DNA of 64,000 nucleotides from an uncultured Acidobacteriaceae bacterium (lineage in GTDB: Bacteria; Acidobacteriota; Terriglobia; Terriglobales; Acidobacteriaceae), in NCBI GenBank assembly GCA_963767745.1, contig CAVYFF010000001.1, forward strand, positions 116,614 through 180,613, written 5' to 3'. The notes beneath the pieces are model-generated. The model was given only the letters and a program-made list of their open reading frames with translations, made no database searches and was not told where the DNA came from. Of this stretch, positions 10,464 to 22,440 are shown in pieces. Position 1 is the stretch's first letter. Every line of letters begins with the position of its first letter. The position numbers were made by a program, and so were the translations under genes.

Positions 10464-12904
10464 CTACTCATAGCGCAAAGCAACCATCGGATCTACTTGG
10501 TGGCTCGATATGCCGGCAGATAGCAGGCCAACAGGATCACCAACACGATCAACAAGGGAACCACGGAGAAAATCAGCGGATCAGTGGCTTCCAATCCGTA
10601 GAGAAGACTTGCCATGAATGCGTTTCAGCAGCAGCGCGCCGAGCTACGCCTGCGACAACCCCAGCAATAGCCAGCCTTCGCCCCCTGCGCAGAATCAGAG
10701 ACAAGACCTGCCTGCGAACGCGCGCCCAGTGCGATGCGAATGCCGATCTCCCTGGTGCGCTGTGAAACGGAATAGGCCATGACGGCATAAACTCCGATTG
10801 CGGCCAAGCCAAGCGCGAGCCCGGAAAACATGCCCAGCAGCGACAGATCGAAGCGGCGCAAAGACCCGGAATCCGTCACCATCGAATCCATGGTCTTCAC
10901 TTCGTAGACTGGCACATTCTTATCGACATCCGCCACCGCGGCGCGAATCGAAGGGCAGAAGATCGCTCTCGCCAAGGGTGCTGCGGATGGCAATGCCCAT
11001 ATTCGCTTCCAGCAGTGGCCGAATTGTGTCGGGAATCTGCGTATAGGGATAATAGGCGGTAGGCTCAATGTCCACATCCGCGCCCCAGTGCCGGATATCC
11101 CCGGCAACTCCCACCACCGTGCACCATGAGCTGCCTTTGAAATCAGGCTTCAGCCGTTTGCCAACCGGGTTTTCTCCCGGCCAATATTTGCGAGCGAGGC
11201 TCTCGCTCACAATCGCGACCGCGGGCGTACTCGCTGTGTCGTGTTCGTTGAAGGCGCGCCCTTGCAGCATCGGAATCTGCAAGGTGCGAAAATAGTCTTC
11301 GCCGACCGCTCGATAGCGGGTAACGATCTCCCCCTGTACGGGGACTGGATTTTTCCCCTCAACAGCAATGGGCATCGAAGGATCAGTGCCGCTCATGGGC
11401 AAGTCGCGAGCCACCGCTGCCGATTGCACTCCGGGCACAGCTTGAATTCGCTCTGCCACCTGCTGATAAAAGTCCGCAATGCGCTGCCCTGTCAACTGCG
11501 AGGGCGCAGCGATGCGGAAGGTCAGCACGTTCGTCGGAACAAACCCCAGCTCGACGCTCCGCAGTGACCAGAGGCCCTTCAGTGCAAGCCCTGTACCAAT
11601 CAGCAGAATGCACGCCAGCGCGGTTTCGGTAATCACCAGCACGGAACGGTGCGTCGCCAAATCCCTGGCTGGTGGCGCTTCCCCGCTCCCTCAGACCATC
11701 GTTCACATCGACACGCGCGGCCTCAATGGCTGGAGCCATCCCAAACAGAATGCCCACCGCCACAGAAATCAGAAGCGAATATGCCAACACGCCACCATCG
11801 ATGCTGACTTCCTCGATGCGAGGAACGCTCGGAGGATGAATCGCCAGCATCCCGCGCAGAGCAAGAAATGCAACGGCAATTCCAAGCGCACCGCCGACGG
11901 ACGCCAGCAACACGCTCTCCGTCAGCAGTTGCCGGACAACTCGTGATGGCGAAGCACCCAGCGCCGTACGGAGCGCCATTTCACGCCGCCGCGCGGATCC
12001 TCGGGCCAGCAACAGGTTTGCCACATTGGAGCAGGCAATCAGCAGCACAAAACCGACGCAACCCATCAGCATCAGCAGCGCGGGCCGCACATCGCTGGTG
12101 AAAGCGTCATTGAACGTCTGGAGATAAACGCCAAACCCCACATCGCCGGTCGCATCTTCGCGGTGCAGGCGGGCCGCAATTGCCATCAAGTTCCGCCCGC
12201 GCCTGCTCCAAGCTCACTCCATCAGGCAGGCGAACAAAGCCGCCCAGCCAGTGAACGTTCGGCGATGAGCCGATTCCGTTGTTCCGGCGCAATTGCAACG
12301 GCGTCCACAGCAACTCCTTGCCGCCGAAGATATCGAAGCCGGCGGGCATTACGCCTACGACGGTATAAGGCGCTCCGTCGAGTTGGATGGCCGTGCCGGT
12401 GATGCGGGGATTTGCTTTATAGCGGTTTTTCCATAAAACGTAGCTCAGCACAACGAAGTTGCCCGATCCTGCAACGTCTTCCTGTGCGGAAAACAAGCGG
12501 CCTAGTATCGGTTGCACGCCCAGCATCGGCAGCATGTCATACGACACCTGGCCGCCGGGAATGCGCTCAGGCTGGTCCTCGGCGCTGCTCAGGTTGAACT
12601 GCCAGTTGACGTGAGCGCCTATCTTCGCCAACAGTCCACCCTGCTGCTTCCAATCGAGAAAGTCCTGGGTAGAGAAGAGATTGAGGTTCCCATTCGCCTG
12701 GCGCTGGGAGACCACCAGCACGCGTGCGGGATCCTTGAAAGGCCAGGGCTTTAACAGCACGGAATGAATCACGCTGAACATCGCGGTGTTGACGCCGATC
12801 CCGAGCCCCAGGGTGAGCACCGCCGCAAGCGTGAATCGACGTGACTTGAGAAGGGATCTGATCCCATAGCGAACGTCCTGCAGCAGGCTTTCCATTGTTC
12901 TCAC
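10464..12904 (-). pseudogene. ADOP-family permease, multiply frameshifted
   Basis: The protein can only be read by chaining ORFs 12107..12904, 11383..12189, 10920..11660, 10625..11107 and 10573..10812, plus a terminal ..SLLYGLEATDPLIFSVVPLLIVLVILLACYLPAYRATK / VDPMVALRYE*. About 6-7 single-nt indels lie near 12190, 11650, 10960, 10735, 10620 and 10497. Confidence 0.8.
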
Positions 12905-12988
12905 CTCTTCGCTTCAGACGATGGTCCCACAATTATGTCAACGAACCACGGCATTCGGATAATTGACCCGCCGACGAAAGCTTTGTTG

Positions 12989-13017
12989 CGCATACCTATT
13001 TGCAAAATAGGTATGCG
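12989..13017. promoter_or_regulatory. perfect 13-bp inverted repeat CGCATACCTATTT-GCA-AAATAGGTATGCG upstream of second PadR gene
   Basis: Read directly, about 22 nt upstream of the ATG at 13039, in the divergent region shared with the decayed ADOP gene. It is a candidate operator. Confidence 0.45.
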
Positions 13018-13038
13018 GGGAATAAGATCAACTCAATT

Positions 13039-13398
13039 ATGGGAAAGAACCCTGAGTTCCGCGATCTTTTCCCCGGTGCGCTGGAGATGATGATCCTGCA
13101 CTCCCTCCGGCTGAAACCAATGCACGGCTACGCCCTGGTCAAACACATCAAGCAGGTTTCTGACAACTTATTGCAGATCGAAGAAGGATCGCTTTATCCG
13201 GCGCTGCAAAGAATGCTTAAAGAGGGATGGGTGCAATCGAAGCCGGGGGTTTCTGCCAAGGGACGTCCGACCCGAATTTATGTGCTGACTCCTGCTGGCC
13301 GGCGCCGTCTCGAGCAGGAAATTTTGAGTTTCGACAAGATGTTTGCGGGCATCACCCGGGTGCTGGCAACCGCTAAAACAGGTTCGCAATTGGTGTAG
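13039..13398 (+). CDS. PadR family transcriptional regulator
   Basis: ORF 13000..13398 trimmed to MGKNPEFRDLFPGALEMMILHSL. The core is KPMHGYALVKHIKQVSDNLLQIEEGSLYPALQRMLKEGWV. Confidence 0.85.
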   Translation: MGKNPEFRDLFPGALEMMILHSLRLKPMHGYALVKHIKQVSDNLLQIEEGSLYPALQRMLKEGWVQSKPGVSAKGRPTRIYVLTPAGRRRLEQEILSFDKMFAGITRVLATAKTGSQLV

Positions 13399-13505
13399 AC
13401 CGAAGCGATAGGCCCTTTCGTGGTTTTCTCCCAAGGAAAACCACTCCTCGCGATCTTTATCAGACCACAGTAATTGCGAAACTGCTTTAAAACATAGGAT
13501 GTCCG

Positions 13506-16130
13506 ATGCGCTGGTTCAAATCGATCTTCTCTCGCCGAAGCCAGTACGACGACCTTTCAATCTCCATTCAGGAGCACCTGGAAGAGAAGATCGAAGACCT
13601 GGTGGAGGAGGGCATGTCGCGAGCGGATGCGACCAACCTTGCCCGCCGGGAGTTCGGGAATGTAACCCTGATCGAACAGCGCAGCCGCGAGGTCTGGCAA
13701 TGGTCTCTGCTCGAGAACCTTGCCACTGACCTGCGCTTTGCCTGGCGGCAGGCTGTGAAATCTCCGCGATTCACCTTTGCAGCCGTCGCGACGCTGGCAA
13801 TTGGCATGGGTGCGCAGGCCACAATTTACAGCGTGGTGCACGCGGTGTTGATCGACCCCTTTCCGTATCGGGACGCGCTGCGTATGGTGCATCTGCACCT
13901 CTACGATAAGACGCCGTTCCCCTTTGACCTGGCAATGACGGGTCCGCAGTTCCTCGAGTTCCAGAAATTGCCAGTGCTCGACGGAGCCATCGCGGAGGAC
14001 CTCTTTAGCCGCGCTCTGACCGGAGAAGAACTACCCGAGCAAGTGCAGACAGCGCGTTTGTCGCCAGACGGGTTTGCGTATTTCGGCGTGCCAGCCCTCC
14101 TCGGACGCGAGTTCTCGCCAGCAGACAGCGCGCAGGTAGCGGTGCTGAGCTATCCGTTCTGGAAGGCGCATTATGCGGCGCGCAACGACATTGTTGGGAA
14201 AACGTTGCAATTAGATCACGAGAACTACACCATCCTGGGTGTCCTGCCGCAGCGTTTTGCCTGGATGGGCTCCGACTTGTACACACCGCTCACCTACTCA
14301 GCCGATCCTCATCGGATTGCCAACGTTTACGGGCGTTTGAAGGTAGGCGTAAGCGACCGGACGGCGGAAGAGGCGATTGGGCCGATGCTGGCCGCGTTCG
14401 CTAAACAAACGCCGGACAGTTTTCCGCCGAACTTCAAAGTGCATCTGGTCCACATCAACGAGCTGCTCGTTGGGCGGATGCGTGGCGTGCTGATCCTTCT
14501 TTCCGTCTCGGTATCGTTCCTGCTGGTGCTGGCGTGCGCGAATGTGGCCATTCTCCTGCTCGCGCGAGGCGAAGCGCGGCAGGCGGAGATTGCGTTACGC
14601 AAGGCTCTCGGCGCGAGGCCGCGGCGAATCGTGACCCAGTTATTAACAGAGTCCTTGCTCCTCTCCGTCACCGGCGGAGTCTGCGGCGTGTTGCTGGCGC
14701 TGGCAGGGATTCGGCTCGTACGGCACTTTCTCGTTCCGTTGCCGGGGCTATTTCCGCCCGAGGCCAACATCGCACTCAATCTGCCGGTGCTGCTTTTCGG
14801 TGCGGTCGTGTCGGTGCTCACGGGGGTGGCGTGTGGCATTTGGCCTGCGGTGCGCACAGCGCGCACGGATCTAAGGCAGGCGGCGGATGCTGGATCGCAC
14901 AAACTGGCTGGGCGAAAGGGCACGCACAACAGCCACATCGCGTTGCTCGGTGGCCAGACGGCGATTACCGTGCTCCTGCTTGCATGTTCGGGCGCGACCG
15001 TACAGAAATTGTCGCAACTGATGCATACCAATCTGGGCTACGATCCGCACCATTTGATTTCCGCGAACTTTGTGTCTCTGGAGGGCGGCCATCCTACCTG
15101 GGGGGATCGGATCCACTATTTCGAGCACATCCGGCAAGCGATTGCTGCGGAACCCGGGGTGATCTCGGCGGCGATAGCACAAGCTGGTATGCCGCCGAGC
15201 TCCGGCAGCCGTATGCCGGTTTCCGTGCCAGCAGCCGACTCAGTCGGCGGGGAGGCAGACCAGCAGCGAGTAGACCTCAATTATTTTCGAACCCTGAAAA
15301 TTCCTCTGCTCCAGGGCCGCGTCTGGAGCTCGACCGAGATGATGAATGCGGCGCATCTGGCATTGATCAACCAGGCGATGCAGAGGCGATTCTTTCCGCA
15401 CACGAATCCGATTGGACAGACAGTTGTGATGAATCGTGGCGTCGTCCCGGCGAATGTGTGGACCCTGGTTGCTCCGGGAACAGATCAGCACTTTCAGATC
15501 ATTGGCGTGGTGGGAGATACGCCGAATCAGGGTCTCGAGGAGCAGATAGCCCCGTCAGTCTTTGTGCCGTACACCGCGATCACTTATGACTGGTTCAACC
15601 TGATCATCCGCACCGAAGGCGAGCCCACTGCCGCGCTCCTGCACAGAATCAAAGAGCGGGTGCACACCATCGACGCTGGCCAGGCGGTGGGCGACATGGT
15701 AACAGCTGAGGACATGCTGGAGGGCGACAGCCTGGGACGGGAGAAGTTTATTACCAGCCTCTTTACCGCATTTGCCTTGCTAGGGCTGATGTTCGCGGTA
15801 AGCGGCCTGTATTGCATCGAATCGTATCTGGTGACTCAGAGGGCACGGGAGTTAGGCGTGCGGATCGCCCTGGGAGCGCAGCGCAAGCACATCGTCAGAT
15901 TAGTAACGCGTTCTTCGCTGCTGGCAGTTGTCGCAGGCACCGCCATCGGGCTTGTATTGGACCTGATGCTGAGCGGGATGTTTGTCCGCTGGACGAGCGG
16001 GAACCCACGTGACCCTGGGATGCTGGCTGTGGTGTCGGCGGTAGTGTTGGTTACCGCCGGATTGGGTTCGATTGTGCCCGCGCAACTGGCGGCCCGGATT
16101 GACCCGATGGAGGCCCTACGTACCGAGTAA
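13506..16130 (+). CDS. ADOP-family duplicated FtsX/MacB-type permease
   Basis: Intact 874-aa ORF. The N-terminus is MRWFKSIFSRRSQYDDLSISIQEHLEEKIEDLVEEGMS.. and the C-terminus is DPMEALRTE. It lies downstream of PadR on the same strand. Confidence 0.85.
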   Translation: MRWFKSIFSRRSQYDDLSISIQEHLEEKIEDLVEEGMSRADATNLARREFGNVTLIEQRSREVWQWSLLENLATDLRFAWRQAVKSPRFTFAAVATLAIGMGAQATIYSVVHAVLIDPFPYRDALRMVHLHLYDKTPFPFDLAMTGPQFLEFQKLPVLDGAIAEDLFSRALTGEELPEQVQTARLSPDGFAYFGVPALLGREFSPADSAQVAVLSYPFWKAHYAARNDIVGKTLQLDHENYTILGVLPQRFAWMGSDLYTPLTYSADPHRIANVYGRLKVGVSDRTAEEAIGPMLAAFAKQTPDSFPPNFKVHLVHINELLVGRMRGVLILLSVSVSFLLVLACANVAILLLARGEARQAEIALRKALGARPRRIVTQLLTESLLLSVTGGVCGVLLALAGIRLVRHFLVPLPGLFPPEANIALNLPVLLFGAVVSVLTGVACGIWPAVRTARTDLRQAADAGSHKLAGRKGTHNSHIALLGGQTAITVLLLACSGATVQKLSQLMHTNLGYDPHHLISANFVSLEGGHPTWGDRIHYFEHIRQAIAAEPGVISAAIAQAGMPPSSGSRMPVSVPAADSVGGEADQQRVDLNYFRTLKIPLLQGRVWSSTEMMNAAHLALINQAMQRRFFPHTNPIGQTVVMNRGVVPANVWTLVAPGTDQHFQIIGVVGDTPNQGLEEQIAPSVFVPYTAITYDWFNLIIRTEGEPTAALLHRIKERVHTIDAGQAVGDMVTAEDMLEGDSLGREKFITSLFTAFALLGLMFAVSGLYCIESYLVTQRARELGVRIALGAQRKHIVRLVTRSSLLAVVAGTAIGLVLDLMLSGMFVRWTSGNPRDPGMLAVVSAVVLVTAGLGSIVPAQLAARIDPMEALRTE

Positions 16131-16162
16131 TTTGGTCCTTTTTAGATTGGACGTCAGCTCTG

Positions 16163-17578
16163 TCACTCCATCTCAAAGGCAACATACTGCAGGACCGACT
16201 GCCGCTCTACTTCCAGCACCACCGCATCGCCGGGTTTGAACCCGCTGAGAACCTGGCGCAACTGCTGCGACTCTTCAGCGGCGTGCCATTCACGGCGCGA
16301 ATCGCATCCCCAACCGAGAGATCCGCCGCAATCGCGGGTTCTCCTCCGAGCAGCCCAATCACCAGAACGCCGGTATCGGTGCGGAGATTGAGCATGGCGC
16401 CTACCTCGGAGTGCTTGAGGTCCATCACAAAAACTCCCAGCGATGCGATCAGGTCTCTCTCGGGCTTAATCAGGTCCGACAGATTATCGACCTGCGGAGG
16501 CGCATTGACGGGCGTGACCGAAATCGTCAGCGGTTTACCATCGCGCAGCACTTCCATCTGGATGGGCGGACCCGCTTGTGGACATAAAGAAAGGCCGTGT
16601 ATTTGGGCAGTGAGTCCACGCGGAATAGGTCCATCCATGGGTGACAACATCCTTTGCATGCAGGCCAGCCGCCGCGGCTGGACCACCCGTGTCAATATCG
16701 GAAAGGATGACGCCCCAGTCCTGCGGTAAGCTTCAAGCCCGCGGCCAGCGCAGGGGTTATGGATTGCGCATGAGCGCCAATGGTTACGTTGGCAACGACT
16801 CCGTGATCCTTCAGCTCGTGGTAAACAGCCCGCACGATCGGTTCCGGAATTGCAAAACCAAGGCCTTCGCTGCCTCCGCCAGAGGTATAAATAAAAGTGT
16901 TGATGCCCACCAGATTGCCGTTCCGGTCGATCAACGGACCGCCGCTGTTGCCGGGATTGATCGGTGCATCGGTTTGCACATAGACCATAGGGCGGTCCAC
17001 CTCGGGCTGCCTCCCGACTGCACTGATAATCCCCTTGGTGACGGTATGATCCAGGCCCTCGGGGGCGCCGATGGCAACCACGGTTTGCCCTAAACGGAAA
17101 TCGAATTGCTCCGGCAAGCGGAATAAAGGGCAGGCCTTTTTCTTCAATTTTGATCAACGCCATGTCCGCATATCGGGTAGTGCCGATCAGCTTTGCTTCA
17201 TACACGCGCTGCGGGTTATGCAGCTGCGTGTTCCCGCTCACCAGCTCAACCGTTGTCGGCGCGATGATCACCCGAATACGCAGCGCGCCGGCGACCACGT
17301 GATTGTTGGTGATGATGTACCCATCAGGGTCGACAATCACTCCCGAGCCGAGTGATCGTTGCCGTACCAGGGCCTGCATTGTCCACCTCCCGATCCTTAT
17401 CGTTCTCCGGAACACCGTAGCCCGTCACCTCAATCTCAACCACAGACTCCATCGCACGCTCGGCAACCTGATCGATCGCCTGATCGTATTCCTTGAGAAC
17501 GGTCGCACTTTGATTTTGCCCACTGAGGGGCAACGATAAGACCGTGCAACCGAGCCAAAGCCAGAAAGTCTTTTCCAT
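16163..17578 (-). pseudogene. HtrA/DegP-family trypsin-like serine protease with PDZ domains, multiply frameshifted
   Basis: Segments lie in three frames: ORFs 17324..17578, 16207..17415 and 16692..17147, plus a terminal SQQLRQVLSGFKPGDAVVLEVERQSVLQYVAFEME*. Motifs TNNHVV and TDAPINPGNSGGPL are intact. At least 5 indels lie near 17375, 17115, 16725, 16650-16580 and 16270. Confidence 0.8.
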
Positions 17579-17592
17579 GGCATGCGGTTTCC

Positions 17593-20500
17593 TTAGCTGA
17601 AGCTGGGCTTGTGGAGCGGTGGCGCGTTGACAGGCGGGGCCGGTAGCTCATTTTCGGCGGTTTCCCATTTGAGAATCTTGAAGTCGAGGACAAAGATGGC
17701 ATACATCACGGGTACTTGCAACTTGGTGACCACGGTCGCCACCAGCAGGCCGCCAATCTGCGCGTAGCAGAGCGGCTTCCACAATGGGCCTCCGTGCAAA
17801 GCCAGCGGCAACAGCGCCAGGACCGTGGCGCCCACTGTAATCAGAACTGGACGGAGGCGCAGGATACCGGCGTCAATCAGCGCCAGCTCAAAGTCATCTC
17901 CCTCGGCATGCCGCTCCTCGATAAAGTCGAACAGCACGATCGAGTGGCTTACGATCACGCCTATCAGGCTGGCCACACCCAGGAACGCCATGAACCCAAA
18001 GGGCTCGCCCATAATCCAGAGTGCGATGAATGCGCCCACCATCCCATAGGGCGCGGCAGCCAGCACCAACAGCGGCTTGATCGCATTCTTGAACTGAAAC
18101 AGCAAGGCCAGATAGATGGCCGCGGTTGAGACGAGCATGACCGTCGCCAGATTCTTGAAACCATTCTTGGTCTTGTCATACTCGCCGCCAATTTGCATCT
18201 CGTATCCGGGAGGAAGTGAGGCTTGTAAGCTCTGCGAGCCGGGGCATCGCCTGCTTCATGATTTCAGAGCTCAGGTGCCCGGGAGCAGGGAAGCTGCGGA
18301 TGTTCATCGTGCGGAATTGTTCCAGCCGCACGATACGCCCGTTGACCAGGTCGTGATCGATGTTCGAGATCTGCACCAGCGGAATCTTGGTGTTGTCCTG
18401 CGAGCCGTAGACATACAGATTCTGAATATCAGAAAGCTGCGCGCGCTCGTTCATGCGCAGCCGGGCAACAATCGGAATCTGCTTCTGGTTTTCCTGCAAA
18501 GACGCTGACCGTGGATCCACTCAGGCCGGCGGTCGACGAATCGGCGACATCCATATTCGTAATACCGGCCAGGTTGGCGCGATCCGGATCGATGGTCAAC
18601 GAGATCAGCGCATTCTCCTCTCCCCACTCATTGCGCGTACGTTGGGCAAGCGGAATAGAGCGGAAGATATCTTCAACCTTGCCGGCGATGTCGCGCAGTC
18701 CGCGGATATCTGCCGCCTCGTCTTTGGCGTTTACATCCGCGGTACTGGAGATGCGGATCTCAATCGGGTAGTCGATGGGGTTCGTGAGCAACTGGCGTGC
18801 ATCCATGCGCGCGCCAGGAATTGAAGCGGTGAGCACCGGCTGTAGCTCTTTGATGAACTGTGGAGTGATTTCCTTATCGGTGACTTCGATCAACACCTGG
18901 GCGTAATTCAATTGTTGCAGCTGGGGCGAGGCAGAGAACCAGAAGCGAGGACCGCCTCCGCCTACAAAGGTGGTAACGTAGTGCAACACATCGCCGGGAT
19001 GATCCTTCTGCGGATGTTCCCGGGAAAACTGCACCGCCTTTTCGCGGACGATCTGCTCTACCTTCTGTGCCGTCTCATTGGTGGCCTCGAGTGTGGCATC
19101 GTTGGGTAGCCATACATCGATGTAAGACCAATATTGAACATCTTCTGGAAAGAACGCGCTTGACAACTGGGCGAAGATGAATCCCCCAGCAACCAGGAAC
19201 AGAAGGGAAGCGAAGAAGAACTTCCAACGATGTTCGATGGAATATTTTGCGGCCCGTGCGTACAGCCCGAAAAAGCCGCTGTTGCGCCGCTCCTCCAATG
19301 TTTTCTCGACCTTCTTCTCCGGCCGCAGAAGGTAGTAGCCCAGCATAGGAAGAAACGACATCGACACCAGGCGGGAGGCAATCAACGCGACCGTCATGAC
19401 AATCGGCAGACTGTGCAGAAACTCCCCCGTGCTTCCCGTTACCAACAGGAACGGCAGGTAGGCAACAATGTTGGTGACGGTGGCGTACATGATGGCGGTT
19501 GCAAGCTTGGTGGGCCCGAGCCATGCGGAGATGATTCTGGGCTGACCTTCGGCTAGTGCACGCTTGATCGAGTCGCCGGCGATCACCGGGTCATCGACCA
19601 ACAGGCCAGGGCGATAATCAAGGTGGCCACAGAGACCTGTTGGATATCAATGCCCAACAGGTACAGCACGCCGAATGTCATCGCCAGGGTGATGGGAATG
19701 GAGATGGCCATCAGCAGGGCGGACCGCCATTCCCAAAAGCCGAGCCATGACACCAGGACCACCAGGACGATGGCCTCATAGAGCGCGTCCATGAACAGGC
19801 TGAGGTTCTCTTCCACCTGCAGCGGCTGGTCGGAGGTACGCGCAATGATCAGGTCCTCCGGCAGATATTGCTTCACCGCCGCGAGCTTGGCGTCTACACT
19901 GCGGCCGAACGCATCGATCTGCTCGCCGTCTTTCATCATCACGGCCAGGGTCACAGCGCGGCTGCGGCGCCAGTGGCCTTGTTTGTCGGCCCAGGTCAGG
20001 TAGTTCAAATACTTCGCCGGGCTTTGGTAGCCGCGGGAAATGTCCACCAGGTCGCGCAGGTAAACAGGGCTCTGCGCTGCTGACTTCGAAGAGCCGATGA
20101 TCACGTCGCCGATTTGCGGCGGGCTCGGTGAATTTTCCTGAAGGATCGATCTGGATGCTCTGCGGACCGACCTCGAGCTGGCCGCCGGGAAGGGTGATAT
20201 TGCGCGCGCCCAGTATGTCCTTCAAATTCGAAGGAGTGTAACCATACGCGGCGAGCCGCTCCTGGGAGTAATCCAGGTAGATCTGCTCCGGCAGCACGCC
20301 TTTGCGGTCAATCTTGGCCACTTCCGGTGCGCCCTGAATGGTTCTTCCCATCAGGTCGGTAAAGTCGTCCAGCTCCCGATAGGAGTACTTATCCCCGGCC
20401 ACCGCGGCCAGACGCATTTCTGTATCCGCAGGATCGCGGATGAAGGCGGCAGGCCAACTGTCTGGATGGATCTCGGAGCTGTGCAACTTCTCCATCACCA

Positions 20501-21292
20501 GGCGATCGCCCAGCGCGCGCAACTCGTCATCGCTCAAAGGAGAGCTGACGTCGGCGCCGATGAAGCCGCTGCCTTGAAAAAAGTGCGGCATCGGAGACAT
20601 ACTTATTTTGCCCGCCGGCCTGCATGACCGCGACAAATGCGTCGCGCACCAACGTCGGCGAAACGGAAAGCGGAAAGGCATACACAATACTGACGCGTGG
20701 CCGTGGAGCGTCGCGCCGACTTCTGCGGCACGCGTGGTTTCGATCGCCTGGCGGATCGCCCTGGCGCGCAAAGCGATATCCACCTCACTCGCCTTGGGGC
20801 TGGCGATGGTCAGCATCAGCGCAGCCGTGTCGCCAAAATCGCTATTGAACTGGATCGGTCCCGCGCCCTGGGGCAGCTTGCTATTGAGCGCGTTCAACTT
20901 GAGATTGATATCGGAAAACTGCTTCTTGGGGTCATTCACCGTGTCATCCAGCTGAACATAGACCAGGGAAAGCCCGGGGAAGCTTATGGAGCGGATGCCA
21001 AAGTCAGACGCCGAAGGAGATTTGATAAAGGCGTTTTGCGCCATGATCTGTTCCACCGGCCGGCTTACCAATTGCTCTACTTCTTGCGCGGTCGCCCCGG
21101 GCCACGCGATCGAAGCGACTGCCACCCGCACCGGAATGCTCGGGTCCTTCCGCTTGGGCATGTGCATATAGCCGAACCAGCCCCACATGCAGACCGCAAT
21201 CAACAGCACCAGCGAAACCGGCGGTGCTCGGTAAAGAAGCGCGCCGTGTTGTGCGTGTGCGCGATGTACTCGGCTTCAGATTTATGTGTCAT
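17593..21292 (-). pseudogene. RND (AcrB/HAE-type) efflux permease, multiply frameshifted
   Basis: Chain of MTHKSEAEYIAHAHNTARFFTEHR.. with ORFs 19776..21209, 19583..20104, 18429..19601, 18176..18520 and 17593..18198. About 7 shifts lie near 21215, 20700, 20578, 20110, 19600, 18510 and 18215. Its start overlaps the MFP stop (ATGA). Confidence 0.85.
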
Positions 21293-22440
21293 GGCTTTGA
21301 TGGAATGATGCGGACTTTGTCGCCGTTCTTATCAAGGCGACACCCGTAGTGATGACCGATTCTCCGGAGTTCAAGCCGCCTTTTGCAGCAATCATATTCC
21401 CGTAGATGTCGCCCAGTTCGATCGCCCGCAAGCGCGCGGTCTCGGTGTCCCCGCCGCCTTCCGCAATCATCACCGCGAAGCCATTGGCGACGCCCCGGGT
21501 CACGAATGACTGCCGACAAGGGAATCGCCAGCACCGATTGCGGCAGCTGCGCACCCTTCGAGCGCCAGCGACGCTATCATTCCCGACTTCAACCGATCGT
21601 GCGGATTGGGGATGGTCACCTCCACCGAGAACACGCGGCTCTTCGGATCCGCCGCCGGTGAAATCGCGCTCACCCTGCCGGCAAACGGCTGCGGGAAAGC
21701 ATCCGTGGCGATGGCAAGATGCTGGCCCAGCCGGACCCGGCTCATCGAAGATATCAGGAACACCGAAGACGGCCTTCACCGATTGCGTGTCGGCAAGGGT
21801 AAAGCCATTGGTGGCCGGCCCGACCAGGGTGCCCAGATCAACATTGCGGCTTACGATCCAGCCATTGAATGGAGCACGCAGCGAGCAGTATGCGAGCGCA
21901 ACATTGGCCTCGCTGAGCTGTGCCTGGGCTCCGGAAACGGACGCCGTAGTGCTGGCAAGCTGGGCCTGGGCGGAGTCGTAGTCGGGCTTGGTTGCGCTCT
22001 GTGAAGCATAGAGCGCAGAGACCCGATCGAAGGTGAGCTTGGCTTTGTCATTATCCGCCTGCGAGCGCGCGAGCTGCGCTTTCGCTTGTTGCACCTTGTC
22101 CAGATAATCCTGCTGCCGCACCACGGCCAGCACGGTTCCTTTTTGTACCCAGTCCCCTTGATCGATATTGCGCATGCCCCCACTTGGGCTCTTTACCTGC
22201 CGAATGCTGTCGACATAGCCGCTTGACTGGAACGCCAGCGTAACCTGCGCGTAGGGAACGATGCTGGCAGAGTACTTCGCTCCGTTGCCCATGGCGATGG
22301 GCTGTACCAGTGCCGTGTGCACAGGGAGGGGCAAGTGTCTCCGCGGCGTTTTGTTGCTTGCACGCGGTCAGGCCGGCCAAAAGGGCGGCAGCCAGCATGG
22401 CGGTCGAAAATTTGGCAGATGCGGGATTCATGGCAGTCAC
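21289..22440 (-). pseudogene. RND periplasmic adaptor (membrane fusion protein), multiply frameshifted
   Basis: Lipoprotein signal MNPASAKFSTAMLAAALLAGLTAC, then segments in ORFs 21282..22334, 21500..21763 and 21289..21534, ending ..KNGDKVRIIPSKP*. About 5 shifts lie near 22330, 21760, 21555, 21490 and 21335. Confidence 0.8.

Noticed and set aside
14327-15589. Long ORFs 14534..15589 (+, other frame) and 14327..15031 (-) inside the ADOP gene. The same applies to 22317..23120, 29270..29998, 29760..30233, 33085..33723 and 53002..53820.
   Set aside because: All overlap genes with strong family motifs, and their compositions are Arg/Gly/Pro-rich and biased. They are GC-rich alternative-frame artefacts.
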